38,063 bases of DNA, taken from a virus. Taxonomy: Duplodnaviria; Caudoviricetes. The notes below the pieces were generated by a model. The model was not told the origin of the DNA, made no database searches, and saw only the letters and a list, made by a program, of their open reading frames with translations. The first letter of the stretch is position 1; each line of letters starts with the position of its first letter. Where the stretch lies: positions 1-38,063 of IMG/VR virus record IMGVR_UViG_3300012921_000080. The stretch is one strand, 5' to 3'. Below, piece by piece: positions 24,996 through 33,325 of this stretch. The translations under genes were made by a program, and so were the position numbers.

Positions 24996-26920
24996 TCGTC
25001 CTTCTCCTTCGCCAGGATGTCGATCAGGGCAAATGCGGTGCCCTTCTTCTTCTCGCCGTGGATCCGCGCGCTGGCGTGCCGCCAGATCGGCCGCCCCTCG
25101 GCGTCCTCGGCCTGCCGCAGCGCGTCGGTCCAGCTGCCGGCGCCGAGCTCGCCCTGCCATTTCGAGCCGCGCATCAGCTCGTTGACGAGCGGATGGTGGC
25201 ACGGCACGAAGAACTCGAAGTTCTTCATGCCGGTGTCCTTCGGTGCCAGCAGTTTCAGCCCCGTCTGCTCGAGCAGCGAGCACGCGCCGTTGGCGTCGAG
25301 CGTCGGGTTGGTGACGTCGCCCTCGAAGAACTCGACGAGCGCCTGGCCCACCGTGTGGCGCGTGCCGCCGCGCCAGGCCTCGATGCGCTGCGACAGGATG
25401 TGGGACAGGCATTTCTTCCAGTTGGCGTCGTCGTCGTCGACGCCGCCCACGTTCTCGATCGCCAGGTGCGGCCGCCACGGGTCGAAATCTTCGCCATTGG
25501 CCGAGAGCGACAGGCCGAGCGCATCGGCGTCCTCGCCGATCAGGATGTCGGCCGAGGTCATCAGCGCGCCGAACGTGTCCTGGCTGCGCGCATCGTGGCC
25601 GCACGAGGCGAGGAAGCCGCGCCAGCGGGTCAGCGTCTCGACCCAGCGGGGCCAGCCGTCCATCATCCGGCGCATCATCTTGCGCCCCAGCTCGGCGATC
25701 TCGTCGTCGGTGATCACCGGCTGTTCCTTGCCGGGGCGGAGCTTCTTCAGCCGCAGGATCGCCATGCGCGACAGTTCGGTCGCCTCCAGCGGCGGCAGGT
25801 TCACCTGGCTGAACAGGAAGGCGGAGCGGCCGGCGAATTCGGTGCCCTTGTGGTTGTCGCCGCCGCGCAGGATCTCGTCGCCCGACGCGGAGATCCGCAT
25901 CAGGTCGAGGATGTCGCGTTCCTTCTTCGGGTTCTTGACCGCCTCGAACTCGTCGAGCGCCACCGGCAGGCAGTCGAATTTGAGCTTTTGGCTGATGCCG
26001 GCCTTGGTGGCGTCGGAGGAGCGGATCATGCCGGCGCCGAACAGGCCGCGCACGCCGCGCTGCAGCGTCGTCTTGCCGGTGCCCTTGTCGCCCAGCACGT
26101 CGGCGGCCGGCCGCCAGTCCAGCGCGCCGGACAGCCAGGCGATGCCGATCCAACCGGTCAGGAGGATCGGGTCGAGCTCCGGCCGCGACCAGTTCCACGA
26201 CTGGAAATAGGGCAAGAGCCGCAGCATCGGCCCGGGCTTGCCGGCAAGCGACGTCGGCCATGGTCGCGCGATCGGCGGCCTGGTTGGATAGACCATGCCG
26301 TCGAGCTCGCCGAGCTCGAGCTCGCCGTCGCGGTCGATCAGCCGGTCGCCGCAATGCACGATCAGCCCGCCCTTGGGCGATCGCCACACGCCGCGGCCGC
26401 GCACCCGGTCGGCCGAGCTCCACGCGCCCTTGCGCGCACAGGCCGCCATCAGGATCTCGCGCACCTTCTCCGGCCGCCAGGAGGTGACGTCGCCGGCGGA
26501 ATTGCGCTTCGGAAACGCCCAGTAGAGCCAGTGCTGCCGGCCCATGAACAGCGCGTTGAGGCCGGATTGTCCCATCTCGCCATCCTTCAGCGCCCGCAGC
26601 TGGCCGATCGTGTCGAGGAAAAAGAACGTGCCGTCCTCGGTGCCGAGCGGCAGCACGGGACAGTCGGGCGGCAGGCCGTCGTCGCCCGGCTGCCATTCGC
26701 CGGGCTTGACGCCATTGAGCGCCTGGCCGGGGCGCGGATCGTCCGCGCCGAGATCCGCCAGCCGATCGTCCACGTCTGCGTCGAGCACGGCGGCCGCGAC
26801 GGCGTCCTTGCCGTCATAGCCGTCGCCGCCCCACGTCGATCGCCAGTCGGCGTCCGCGTCGAGGGACGAAGGGGTCGGGGGCGGCGCGCCGTCCGCGCCG
26901 CCCTGCTTCTTTGCCGGCAT
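24992..26920 (-). CDS. Replicative P-loop NTPase/helicase (P4-alpha/DUF927-like)
   Basis: Walker A GDKGTGKTT, Walker B PVALDEFE, Arg-finger-like ELSRM; in the same operon as the primase. Confidence 0.75.
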   Translation of the reverse strand: MPAKKQGGADGAPPPTPSSLDADADWRSTWGGDGYDGKDAVAAAVLDADVDDRLADLGADDPRPGQALNGVKPGEWQPGDDGLPPDCPVLPLGTEDGTFFFLDTIGQLRALKDGEMGQSGLNALFMGRQHWLYWAFPKRNSAGDVTSWRPEKVREILMAACARKGAWSSADRVRGRGVWRSPKGGLIVHCGDRLIDRDGELELGELDGMVYPTRPPIARPWPTSLAGKPGPMLRLLPYFQSWNWSRPELDPILLTGWIGIAWLSGALDWRPAADVLGDKGTGKTTLQRGVRGLFGAGMIRSSDATKAGISQKLKFDCLPVALDEFEAVKNPKKERDILDLMRISASGDEILRGGDNHKGTEFAGRSAFLFSQVNLPPLEATELSRMAILRLKKLRPGKEQPVITDDEIAELGRKMMRRMMDGWPRWVETLTRWRGFLASCGHDARSQDTFGALMTSADILIGEDADALGLSLSANGEDFDPWRPHLAIENVGGVDDDDANWKKCLSHILSQRIEAWRGGTRHTVGQALVEFFEGDVTNPTLDANGACSLLEQTGLKLLAPKDTGMKNFEFFVPCHHPLVNELMRGSKWQGELGAGSWTDALRQAEDAEGRPIWRHASARIHGEKKKGTAFALIDILAKEKDE

Positions 26921-26933
26921 GCTGTCCTGCTAC

Positions 26934-27662
26934 TTACTTGCGCTTCCTGGACGTGGCGGCGCCGGCCTTGGCAGGCGGGGCGGCGGCAGGGTCGGCAGGC
27001 GCATCCGCCGCTGCTGCAGCAGCATCTGCTGTTTCGTCAGGGTCGGTCGCCACGCTGCCATTCTCGCCTCCCGTCGCCTGCGCGATCTCCTCGTCCATTG
27101 CCGCCTGCGCGGCCTTCGTGCGCGCCTCGACGCTGTTCGGGTCCATGTCGGGTTCTCCTGGAGGATTGAGACTTTCGAGCATTGCCGCCCTGATGGCTTC
27201 GAGTTCGTCGGCGTGATGGATGGCCATGAACCTGCCGACAACTGCCATGTCGAAGAGCTCGTCGATGTTTTCGAGGCCGAGCTCGTCCATCGTCTCATTC
27301 ACTGCCTTGTGAACGGATGCATGCAACAGCGCGTCCGGCGGCAGCGTCGGCTCCGGAAACAGCACCTGGTCCCATGTCGGGTCGCCAGCCTGGTCGGCCT
27401 CGTAGAACGGGTCGAGCGCGAGGCCGACGGCGCGGAAGGTGGAAAGACCCACCTGCATCATTTGCGAAAGCCAGGCAGGCGGCGAAATGCCGGCGATCTC
27501 GACAGCCTTCCTCGTCAGCGTCTCGACCGAGGGCCAGCCTCGCTCATGGCCGTAATCGTAAAGCTGCATGAACTGGAAGCAGCCGGCCTTCGACAACGGC
27601 TCCATGCCGGTGGCAAACCTCGCTGCCTGGATGGCAGTGGCGGCGATCAATGTGCGTCTCAT
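26934..27662 (-). CDS. Hypothetical protein (242 aa) with acidic, Ala-rich C-terminus
   Basis: ATGA overlap with the upstream gene; GGGAG RBS; consistent codon usage. Confidence 0.7.
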   Translation of the reverse strand: MRRTLIAATAIQAARFATGMEPLSKAGCFQFMQLYDYGHERGWPSVETLTRKAVEIAGISPPAWLSQMMQVGLSTFRAVGLALDPFYEADQAGDPTWDQVLFPEPTLPPDALLHASVHKAVNETMDELGLENIDELFDMAVVGRFMAIHHADELEAIRAAMLESLNPPGEPDMDPNSVEARTKAAQAAMDEEIAQATGGENGSVATDPDETADAAAAAADAPADPAAAPPAKAGAATSRKRK

Positions 27663-28030
27663 GATTGGCTCCCCTCGTGCAACTTTTCGCGCAACAGGTA
27701 GCCTTCCAGTGGCCAGAGCTGCCGCAAGGCGTCCTCGCGGGCGAAATGCGCGCCCAGCTCCGCGTCGAAGTTTTCCGGATCGGCCGGCGCGCTCTTGCCG
27801 AGCAGCGTGAAGCCGCTTGTCGTCACGAGGATGCAGATGGTCAGCGTCTTCAGCTGCTCGACCCCGGGCGCCTGTCCAGCGGCGGCGGCGCCGGTGAGGG
27901 TTCTAACTGCGGCGTCGGCGGTGAACGTATATTCCGTCGCGATCTTCGCCTGCAGCTGGTCCAGCGTCACGCGATGCGGCGTTTTCTGCACGGCGGCCGC
28001 TTCGCGGTCGCCGGCTTCGAGACTGTTCAT
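27659..28030 (-). CDS. Phage Gp49/Sf6 gp66-family protein
   Basis: LTICILVTTSGFTLLGKSAPADPENFDAELG...LWPLEGYLL signature; AGGAGA RBS; start at 28030. Confidence 0.8.
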   Translation of the reverse strand: MNSLEAGDREAAAVQKTPHRVTLDQLQAKIATEYTFTADAAVRTLTGAAAAGQAPGVEQLKTLTICILVTTSGFTLLGKSAPADPENFDAELGAHFAREDALRQLWPLEGYLLREKLHEGSQS

Positions 28031-29154
28031 ATCGTTTCTCCTTTGAGAAGGTCGTTCATGTCCTTGCCCCTGGGCGCGCGCGCGACCCTCACCGGCACGC
28101 CCTGCGATTTCAGTCTGTGGATCCCGCGCTCGAGCGCGCTCATCGCCTGGGGCTTGCCCCAGTCGTTGTCGGCCGCCACGATGATGCGGTCGATGCAGGG
28201 CAGCACCGGCACATTGCCGATATTGCCGAGCGTGCCCGCCGCCCACACGCGATAGGCCGGCAGGGCCAGCATCACCGAAAGCCCGTCCTCCAGCCCCTCG
28301 GTCACCACCAGCGGCCCCTTGACGCCCTGGCGGGCCGCCTCCTCCGGCGTCAGCTCGCCGGCGCCCTTGGCCAGCCGCATCACCGCGCCGTTGGGCGGCC
28401 CCCAGATCTTGCGCGCCTTGTTGTTTTCGGGATCTGGCAGCTCGGCCTTGCCCGTGCCGTCCGGCTTGAGCCATGTCTGGTGCAGCGCCTGGCCGGTGCC
28501 GGCCGGGCCGGTCATCAGCGCCGCGATGCAGGGAAGCTCGATCAGTTCGCCGGCATCCGTCTGGTAGTCCAGCGCCGGAAAGAAGCGCAGGCAGCCCGGC
28601 AGCGGGCGGCCGCGCGCGATCAGGTCGCGCGCCAGGTCGAGCGCGCGGGAGCGGAAATATAGGTCGGGAAGCGAGCCCGCAAACGTCGCCGGCGACAGCT
28701 TTTGCGCCTTCAGCCACTTGCCGAAGGCGCGGCTCGATCGCTTGGCAAGTGCCGCCGCGTCCTCGCGCGCCCGCTGCTCGATCTCGGCCTGGCGCTGTGC
28801 CGCGCGCGCCGCCTGCTCCTCGGCCGACAGCGGCGGCTCGGCCGGGCCGGCCGTCATGCCGAGCCGGCGCATGCACCATTTGCGCGTCTCGGCCATCGTG
28901 TCGTGGCGCTTCACCAGCTTGATCAGGTTGATGATGTCGCTCGTCTCGCCGGTCGCCTCGTCCTTCCACGCCCCGATCGCCGTGCGGCCGGAGATGCGGA
29001 TCCAGAACGAGCCCGCCCGCCGGTCGGCGCGCAGCGGACTGCGGCCGATCCAGTAGTCGCCGTTCTCCACCCCGTCCGGCACGAGCTCCTTGGCGAGATC
29101 CTTGATCTCGCGCAGCAGCCGGTCCTTGATCTCGGAGAAATCGGGGCCTTTCAT
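28027..29154 (-). CDS. TOPRIM-domain DNA primase (P4-alpha/TraC-like)
   Basis: VVTEGLEDGLS and IIVAADND TOPRIM motifs, ALHQTWL, GKDMND; ATGA-coupled start at 29154. Confidence 0.85.
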   Translation of the reverse strand: MKGPDFSEIKDRLLREIKDLAKELVPDGVENGDYWIGRSPLRADRRAGSFWIRISGRTAIGAWKDEATGETSDIINLIKLVKRHDTMAETRKWCMRRLGMTAGPAEPPLSAEEQAARAAQRQAEIEQRAREDAAALAKRSSRAFGKWLKAQKLSPATFAGSLPDLYFRSRALDLARDLIARGRPLPGCLRFFPALDYQTDAGELIELPCIAALMTGPAGTGQALHQTWLKPDGTGKAELPDPENNKARKIWGPPNGAVMRLAKGAGELTPEEAARQGVKGPLVVTEGLEDGLSVMLALPAYRVWAAGTLGNIGNVPVLPCIDRIIVAADNDWGKPQAMSALERGIHRLKSQGVPVRVARAPRGKDMNDLLKGETI

Positions 29155-29832
29155 GCCGCAGCCCTTTTGCCGCAACCCTGACGGATGGCTTCGCGGGCGA
29201 TGAACTCGGCATAGGCGGGCGGGATAGCCTCTCCGACTTCATGCCCGGTCATGGGCCGGAAGATCCCCATCGCTGCGGCCGCTTCCGTGGCCGGGACGCG
29301 ACCGGGCAGACCGGCCCTCTTGCGCGGATAGAAGTGGCTCTTGCATGAGAGCGACGTGGTGATGGTGATAGCCTTGCCGCTCGTCCAGGCCGATCTCGGC
29401 AACGGAGGCGCGCCCGGCCCAAGAACGGGAAAGGACAGTTCGAACGCGCGTTTCCGCTCGATGCGGTCGAGCCCGACCGAAGGCCCGGTAAGGACCAGGT
29501 CGCGCCGCAACGGCGCACCGATTACGTTCTCGATGCAGGTGTAGGGGTGACCCGCCAACTTGCGGCGGATTGGGTCGACAAGGTCCGGATAGTCTTCTGG
29601 GCGATAGTCCCTTTGCGACTTCGTCGCCACGGAATAGCGCTGACAGGGCGGCGAGGCCCAGATGAAGTCGAACTGCGATAGATCGATGTCGAGGCTCACG
29701 GCATCAGCCTCGATGAAATCGTATGGATAATTGGAGCGACGTTTTATATCCACCCCAGTAACGGTGAAGCCGGCTCGAACCAGCCCTTCGCTTGCCCCCC
29801 CCCGCGCAGCAGAACAGATCGAGAGCCCTCAT
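29151..29832 (-). pseudogene. C5-cytosine DNA methyltransferase, frameshifted by one extra base in a G9 tract
   Basis: Motif I (LDLFCCAGG) from ATG 29832 is out of frame with motif IV (SPPCQ), VI (ENV) and X (GEAIPP); G8 in place of G9 at 29795-29803 gives an intact 226-aa ORF. Confidence 0.85.
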
Positions 29833-30176
29833 CCCAGCATCGCCTCCATGCGGGCCAGCAGCGCGTCGATCGCGGGGATGTCGCGGTCGTTCTCGATCCG
29901 CTGCACATGCAGCACCAGCTTGCAGCGCGGCCGGCCGAGCGCGCGGGCAAGCCGGCCCTGGCGCACGTCGCCGCTGGTGACGGTAAGGTAGAGCGCGGCC
30001 GCGCGGGCGAAGCGCACGGGCGGCCGGCGCATCGTGCCGGGGCCGGCATTGCCGGCGATGTCGCGGAAGGGCACGCCCGTCACGTCCGCCACCACATGGG
30101 CGCAGCGATGGAAGGCCGCGAGTGCCGAGATCGTCGGCACAAGGCCGCGCCGTTTCTGTCGTCTGTCGTTGCCCAT
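29829..30176 (-). CDS. DnaA C-terminal-like HTH DNA-binding protein
   Basis: FARAAALYL...RLARALGRPRCKLVLHVQRIENDRD resembles DnaA domain IV; GGAAGG RBS. Confidence 0.6.
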   Translation of the reverse strand: MGNDRRQKRRGLVPTISALAAFHRCAHVVADVTGVPFRDIAGNAGPGTMRRPPVRFARAAALYLTVTSGDVRQGRLARALGRPRCKLVLHVQRIENDRDIPAIDALLARMEAMLG

Positions 30177-30325
30177 GCCGCCTTCCCTGCCGCGAAAGGC
30201 TCCGCCGCCCGGAAACGAGGAACCGGGCGGCGAAGCGAAACGGCCGCCGCGCCTGCGGCAAGGCGACGGCCGGACACTGGAAAACGCGGACGCAACACGC
30301 TGACCCCTCGGGAGGAGAAGAGAGG

Positions 30326-30634
30326 TCAGATCTCGATCGAAGGCGGCGCCGCGGCGGCGGCAAAATTTGCCAGGTCGGCGCTGACGGTCTTGAGCGGCTG
30401 ATAAATCTCGAACCGCCAGCTACCCGTCGCTGTTCGCGTCGCCAGCATCGCGGCCACCCACAGGTCGACATAGATGATGCCGGCATCGAGGCCGCTCCGG
30501 CGGCAGGCCGCCTTCAGCGGCTCGGCATGTTTGAGGATAACTGCCTGCGGCATCATCAGCAGCAACGCCGCCTGCCCGCGCGGATCCGCCTCGTGCATCT
30601 GGCGCAGGATCGGCAGCATCGTGTCGGTGCTCAT
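30326..30634 (-). CDS. Hypothetical protein (102 aa)
   Basis: ATGA overlap; GAGG RBS provided by repeat copy C. Confidence 0.65.
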   Translation of the reverse strand: MSTDTMLPILRQMHEADPRGQAALLLMMPQAVILKHAEPLKAACRRSGLDAGIIYVDLWVAAMLATRTATGSWRFEIYQPLKTVSADLANFAAAAAPPSIEI

Positions 30635-31149
30635 GACTGCCTCACGGCCTGTTCGCCGCCTGCCGGCGGCTGGCCTCCGGCGGGGCCTGCGGACGGCCTA
30701 GCGGCCTGAGACCAGGCGGGACTGACCAGCCATTCAACCCAGAAATACCCGTCATCGCAGGGGCCGATAATGCCGGCGTCGGTCAAAGATGGATCATGCA
30801 CGATCGCGCCGTCGTGTCCGATCACGGCGTGGTTCACGCCAGTCCGGCTGGTGCCCAAAAAGATGTAGGGAACGCCGTCGCTGAATATCTCCGCAGTCCG
30901 CAGCGCCTCCTCAACGCTCTGCGTTGCGAGCGGTATCACGAGGCGGTGAATGCCGTGATCATGTAACCATCCTCGATAGAAGGCCACGAACTCCTCAGCG
31001 CCCATCTGCCTATGTTCGTGAGGCACGTCCTCCGGGTCCAGCATGAGCAGGCAGGCGATGCACGTGCGGTAACAGTCGCCAAAGACGCCCTCGTCTGGCA
31101 GGTGGCGGAACTTCTGCTTGTGCATCCGGAGGTGCGAGATATCATTCAT
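30631..31149 (-). CDS. Hypothetical protein with papain/C39-like Cys-His-Asp pattern
   Basis: GDCYRTCIACLL ... NHAVIG ... VHDPS. Confidence 0.55.
   Translation of the reverse strand: MNDISHLRMHKQKFRHLPDEGVFGDCYRTCIACLLMLDPEDVPHEHRQMGAEEFVAFYRGWLHDHGIHRLVIPLATQSVEEALRTAEIFSDGVPYIFLGTSRTGVNHAVIGHDGAIVHDPSLTDAGIIGPCDDGYFWVEWLVSPAWSQAARPSAGPAGGQPPAGGEQAVRQS
30638..30707 (-). repeat. Dispersed palindromic element, copy C (in frame at a gene 3' end)
   Basis: AGGCCGCTAGGCCGTC...CCGGAGGCCAGCCGCCGGCAGGCGGCG...GGCCGTGAGGCA; 27 bp identical to the integrase copy. Confidence 0.75.
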
Positions 31150-31850
31150 GCCCTAGCTCCCTTCGGCCGGCGCATGGGGCAGACGTCGCGATGCTTGAAT
31201 GCCCACACAGACATCGCCCCTTCGGTCTTGCCGATGGCCTCGGCGATGTTCTTGACGCTCTTTCCGGCGGCCCACATCTCGCGGATCCGCTCGACGGGAT
31301 ATCCGCCCGCCGCGGTCACAGGGGGGGGTATACAGGGCGCTAGGCCTTCGGCCCGCGAGGCAGAAGAACGGACAGGTGCGGCGGCCGTCTTTGCCCCTGC
31401 CGCCGCACCTTCGGCCTTCGCCGCGTCCGGCCTCTCCCGGGCCTGGACGTCCTTTCCGTAGGCCGCTAGGCCGTCGGCCGGCGTCGGCCGCCCCGCCGGA
31501 GGGGCAGGCTGCGCAGCAGCCGGCGCGCCCCGTGAGGCAGAAGACCCTTCCCCGGCGAAATAGGTCCGCCAGCCGGAGAGGATCTTCTCCGCCCGCGCGG
31601 CCGGTATGCCCACCGCCTCGGCGATGAACTCGGCCTCGCAGTCGGCGAGCATGAACACCTGCCGCACCTGGCGGTCGAGGGCCACATCCTCGGCCGTCTC
31701 GCCGCGCTCCTGGACGACGCGGACGAAATAGGCCGCCTCGAACAGGCGCTGCGCATATTGCGCCGCCCGCAGGTTCATCTTCACGGCGCGGGCCTGCAGC
31801 CCCTTGAACACGCGCTCCTCGACCGCAAACGAGATCTGCATCGCGGGCAT
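31146..31850 (-). CDS. Putative transcription regulator with C-terminal GcrA-like HTH
   Basis: ERIREMWAAGKSVKNIAEAIGKTEGAMSV; RHH-like N-terminus QISFAVEERVF; low-complexity linker containing two repeat copies. Confidence 0.6.
   Translation of the reverse strand: MPAMQISFAVEERVFKGLQARAVKMNLRAAQYAQRLFEAAYFVRVVQERGETAEDVALDRQVRQVFMLADCEAEFIAEAVGIPAARAEKILSGWRTYFAGEGSSASRGAPAAAQPAPPAGRPTPADGLAAYGKDVQARERPDAAKAEGAAAGAKTAAAPVRSSASRAEGLAPCIPPPVTAAGGYPVERIREMWAAGKSVKNIAEAIGKTEGAMSVWAFKHRDVCPMRRPKGARA
31334..31366 (+). repeat. Dispersed palindromic element, minimal copy E
   Basis: AGGGCGCTAGGCC-TTCG-GCCCGCGAGGCAGAAG; TACAGGGCGCTAG shared with the integrase copy. Confidence 0.55.
31456..31543 (+). 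repeat. Dispersed palindromic element, copy D
   Basis: CCGTAGGCCGCTAGGCCGTCG is identical (21 bp) to 16031-16051; GCCCCGCCGGAG core; CCGTGAGGCAGAAG end. Confidence 0.7.
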
Positions 31851-32089
31851 CAGGAGGTCCTCGCGCTGTCAACCTGCGCATCAATCACCTCTCGATCGGC
31901 CTTGACCTGACGGAGCCGCGATCTGATCTCGTCGCCAAGGCTCCATCCTTCGGCCTTCGCGCAGAGGTAAATGTCGGCATAGAGCCAGTCGGGAAGCTCG
32001 ACCTGCACCGTTTGCTTCAGACGCGGCGGCCAGTGCGACCTGAGACGCTTGCGGCCATCCGCTTCCCCCTCGCGGTCGAACGGTCTCAA
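31850..32089 (-). CDS. Ribbon-helix-helix (Arc/CopG-like) protein, 79 aa
   Basis: TTG start after GGAGG, overlapping the upstream stop; QTVQVELPDWLYADIYLCAKAEGWSLGDEIRSRL. Confidence 0.55.
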   Translation of the reverse strand: MRPFDREGEADGRKRLRSHWPPRLKQTVQVELPDWLYADIYLCAKAEGWSLGDEIRSRLRQVKADREVIDAQVDSARTS

Positions 32090-32400
32090 ATCAACCTCCC
32101 CTGCTCTTCCAGTTCGCGCACCGAGCGCGCGACGGTTTCCGTCTTCTGCGCGGCCTTGCGCGCCTGGGTATAGGCCGCCCGCAGCCGCTCGACGCTGGCG
32201 AGACCGGCGCTGCCGCCGGGCCGGATGCACACGGTGGCCGCCGGCGGCTCGGCCTTGCGCCAGTCCACCGACACGATCTCGACATGACGGATGTTCTCGC
32301 GGGCGCATTCGATGTTGAGTGCATCGGCAAGCGCCGCCATGAACGCCGCCTCGTCGCGATACTGGCCGGTGAAGACGTCGGAGACGCAGCACTCGATCAT
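32086..32400 (-). CDS. Hypothetical protein (104 aa)
   Basis: GAGGA RBS; overlapping junctions on both sides. Confidence 0.6.
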   Translation of the reverse strand: MIECCVSDVFTGQYRDEAAFMAALADALNIECARENIRHVEIVSVDWRKAEPPAATVCIRPGGSAGLASVERLRAAYTQARKAAQKTETVARSVRELEEQGRLI

Positions 32401-32564
32401 GTTCTTGTCCTCGCGGCCGGAGGCCTCCGGACGGGGCGCGCCACGCGGCGCGGCGCCCGGTCGGGCTTGCGGCCTGCGGCCGAGGCCTGCAGCGCCCGCG
32501 CCAGGGCGTGGAGCGAGACGCTGCCGAGAAGCCGGGAACGATGTTGCGCGGTGATCTTTGTCAT
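32397..32564 (-). CDS. Small basic ORF (55 aa, MTKITAQHRSRLLGSVSLHALARALQ...), absent from the ORF track
   Basis: ATGA overlaps at both ends fill the gap exactly; C-terminal half is encoded by repeat copy F. Confidence 0.55.
   Translation of the reverse strand: MTKITAQHRSRLLGSVSLHALARALQASAAGRKPDRAPRRVARPVRRPPAARTRT
32406..32476 (-). repeat. Dispersed palindromic element, copy F
   Basis: AGGCCGCAAGCCCG...GCCCCGTCCGGAGG...GGCCGCGAGGACA. Confidence 0.65.
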
Positions 32565-33301
32565 GCCGCAGCCAGAAGCTCGATCAGCTTGTCGGCCTGC
32601 CCGATCCGGGCGACTCCCCGTCCCCCTTCACCGTTTCGATACGCGGCGTAGGCGGCGGCGGCGGCGTAGGCGGCGGCGGCGGCGTCGGCGGCGGCGTAGG
32701 CGGCGGCGGCGTCGGCGGCGGCGGCGGCGTAGGCGGCGGCGTAGGCGGCGTAGGCGGCGGCGTAGGCGGCGTAGGCGGCGTCGGCGGCGGCGGCGGCGTC
32801 GGCGGCGTCGGTGGCGTCGGTGGCGGCGGCGGCGGCGGCGGCGAATTCTTTCTTGTCGACCTTCTCTCCGTCGACCACGCGCTGGTAAAGCGCGGCGACG
32901 GCTTCAATGGTTAACTTACTCTTTTCGTTTGCGAATTTCACCACGCCATAGTCCTTGTCCACAAGCAGCCACACCGCGAATTTCGGCCAGACGAGCGACA
33001 GGTCCGCGCCTTCTGGCACCGCCCTGGCAAAGCGCAGCGGCCAAAGCTTCGCCTGCTCGACCGGCAGGCCCTCGAAGATCGAGTCCTCGAGCCGCGCCAG
33101 AATGCGCGGAATGCCGAACAGCGGCTCGTAGGCGCCATGATCGTTCGTCCGCGCCCCGAAATCGTGCAGGCTGCAGCCGACCGCGCAGCCCTTGCCGTCC
33201 TCCCAGTAGCGGCCCTGCCGAAACGCGTCGTTGGCCGCATGAGCCTCCAGACTGGAGATCAGCGCCGCCTTGGTGACCTTTGTGTCGGTGAATGCACGCA
33301 T
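32561..33301 (-). CDS. Hypothetical phage protein with a long Ala/Tyr/Asp repeat
   Basis: AAGAGGA RBS; globular N-terminus (YWEDGKGCAVGCSLH) followed by ~66 codons of Ala-rich repeat. Confidence 0.8.
   Translation of the reverse strand: MRAFTDTKVTKAALISSLEAHAANDAFRQGRYWEDGKGCAVGCSLHDFGARTNDHGAYEPLFGIPRILARLEDSIFEGLPVEQAKLWPLRFARAVPEGADLSLVWPKFAVWLLVDKDYGVVKFANEKSKLTIEAVAALYQRVVDGEKVDKKEFAAAAAAATDATDAADAAAAADAAYAAYAAAYAAYAAAYAAAAADAAAAYAAADAAAAAYAAAAAYAAYRNGEGGRGVARIGQADKLIELLAAA
32643..32842. repeat. Interrupted (GGC/GCC)n trinucleotide repeat
   Basis: About 200 bp of GCC codons interrupted only by TAC, GAC or ACC on the coding strand. Confidence 0.95.
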
Positions 33302-33325
33302 GTGTTGGTCCTCTTCTTGGTGCGG

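Noticed and set aside
5348-27169. Long plus-strand ORFs (e.g. 5348-7927, 9273-11915, 12157-15387, 18729-20957, 24956-27169)
   Set aside because: Antisense shadows of real minus-strand genes in high-GC DNA; no motifs, and Arg/Ala-rich composition
19227-29242. Extended N-termini in the ORF track (portal from 21425, terL from 23408, Gp49-like from 29242)
   Set aside because: They overlap other supported genes; downstream ATGs with an RBS or stop-start overlap fit better
32284-33276. Poly-Arg, poly-Gly/Val and Pro-Thr ORFs over the GGC repeat
   Set aside because: Alternative frames of the microsatellite; only the Ala-repeat frame has an RBS, a globular domain and a coupled junction
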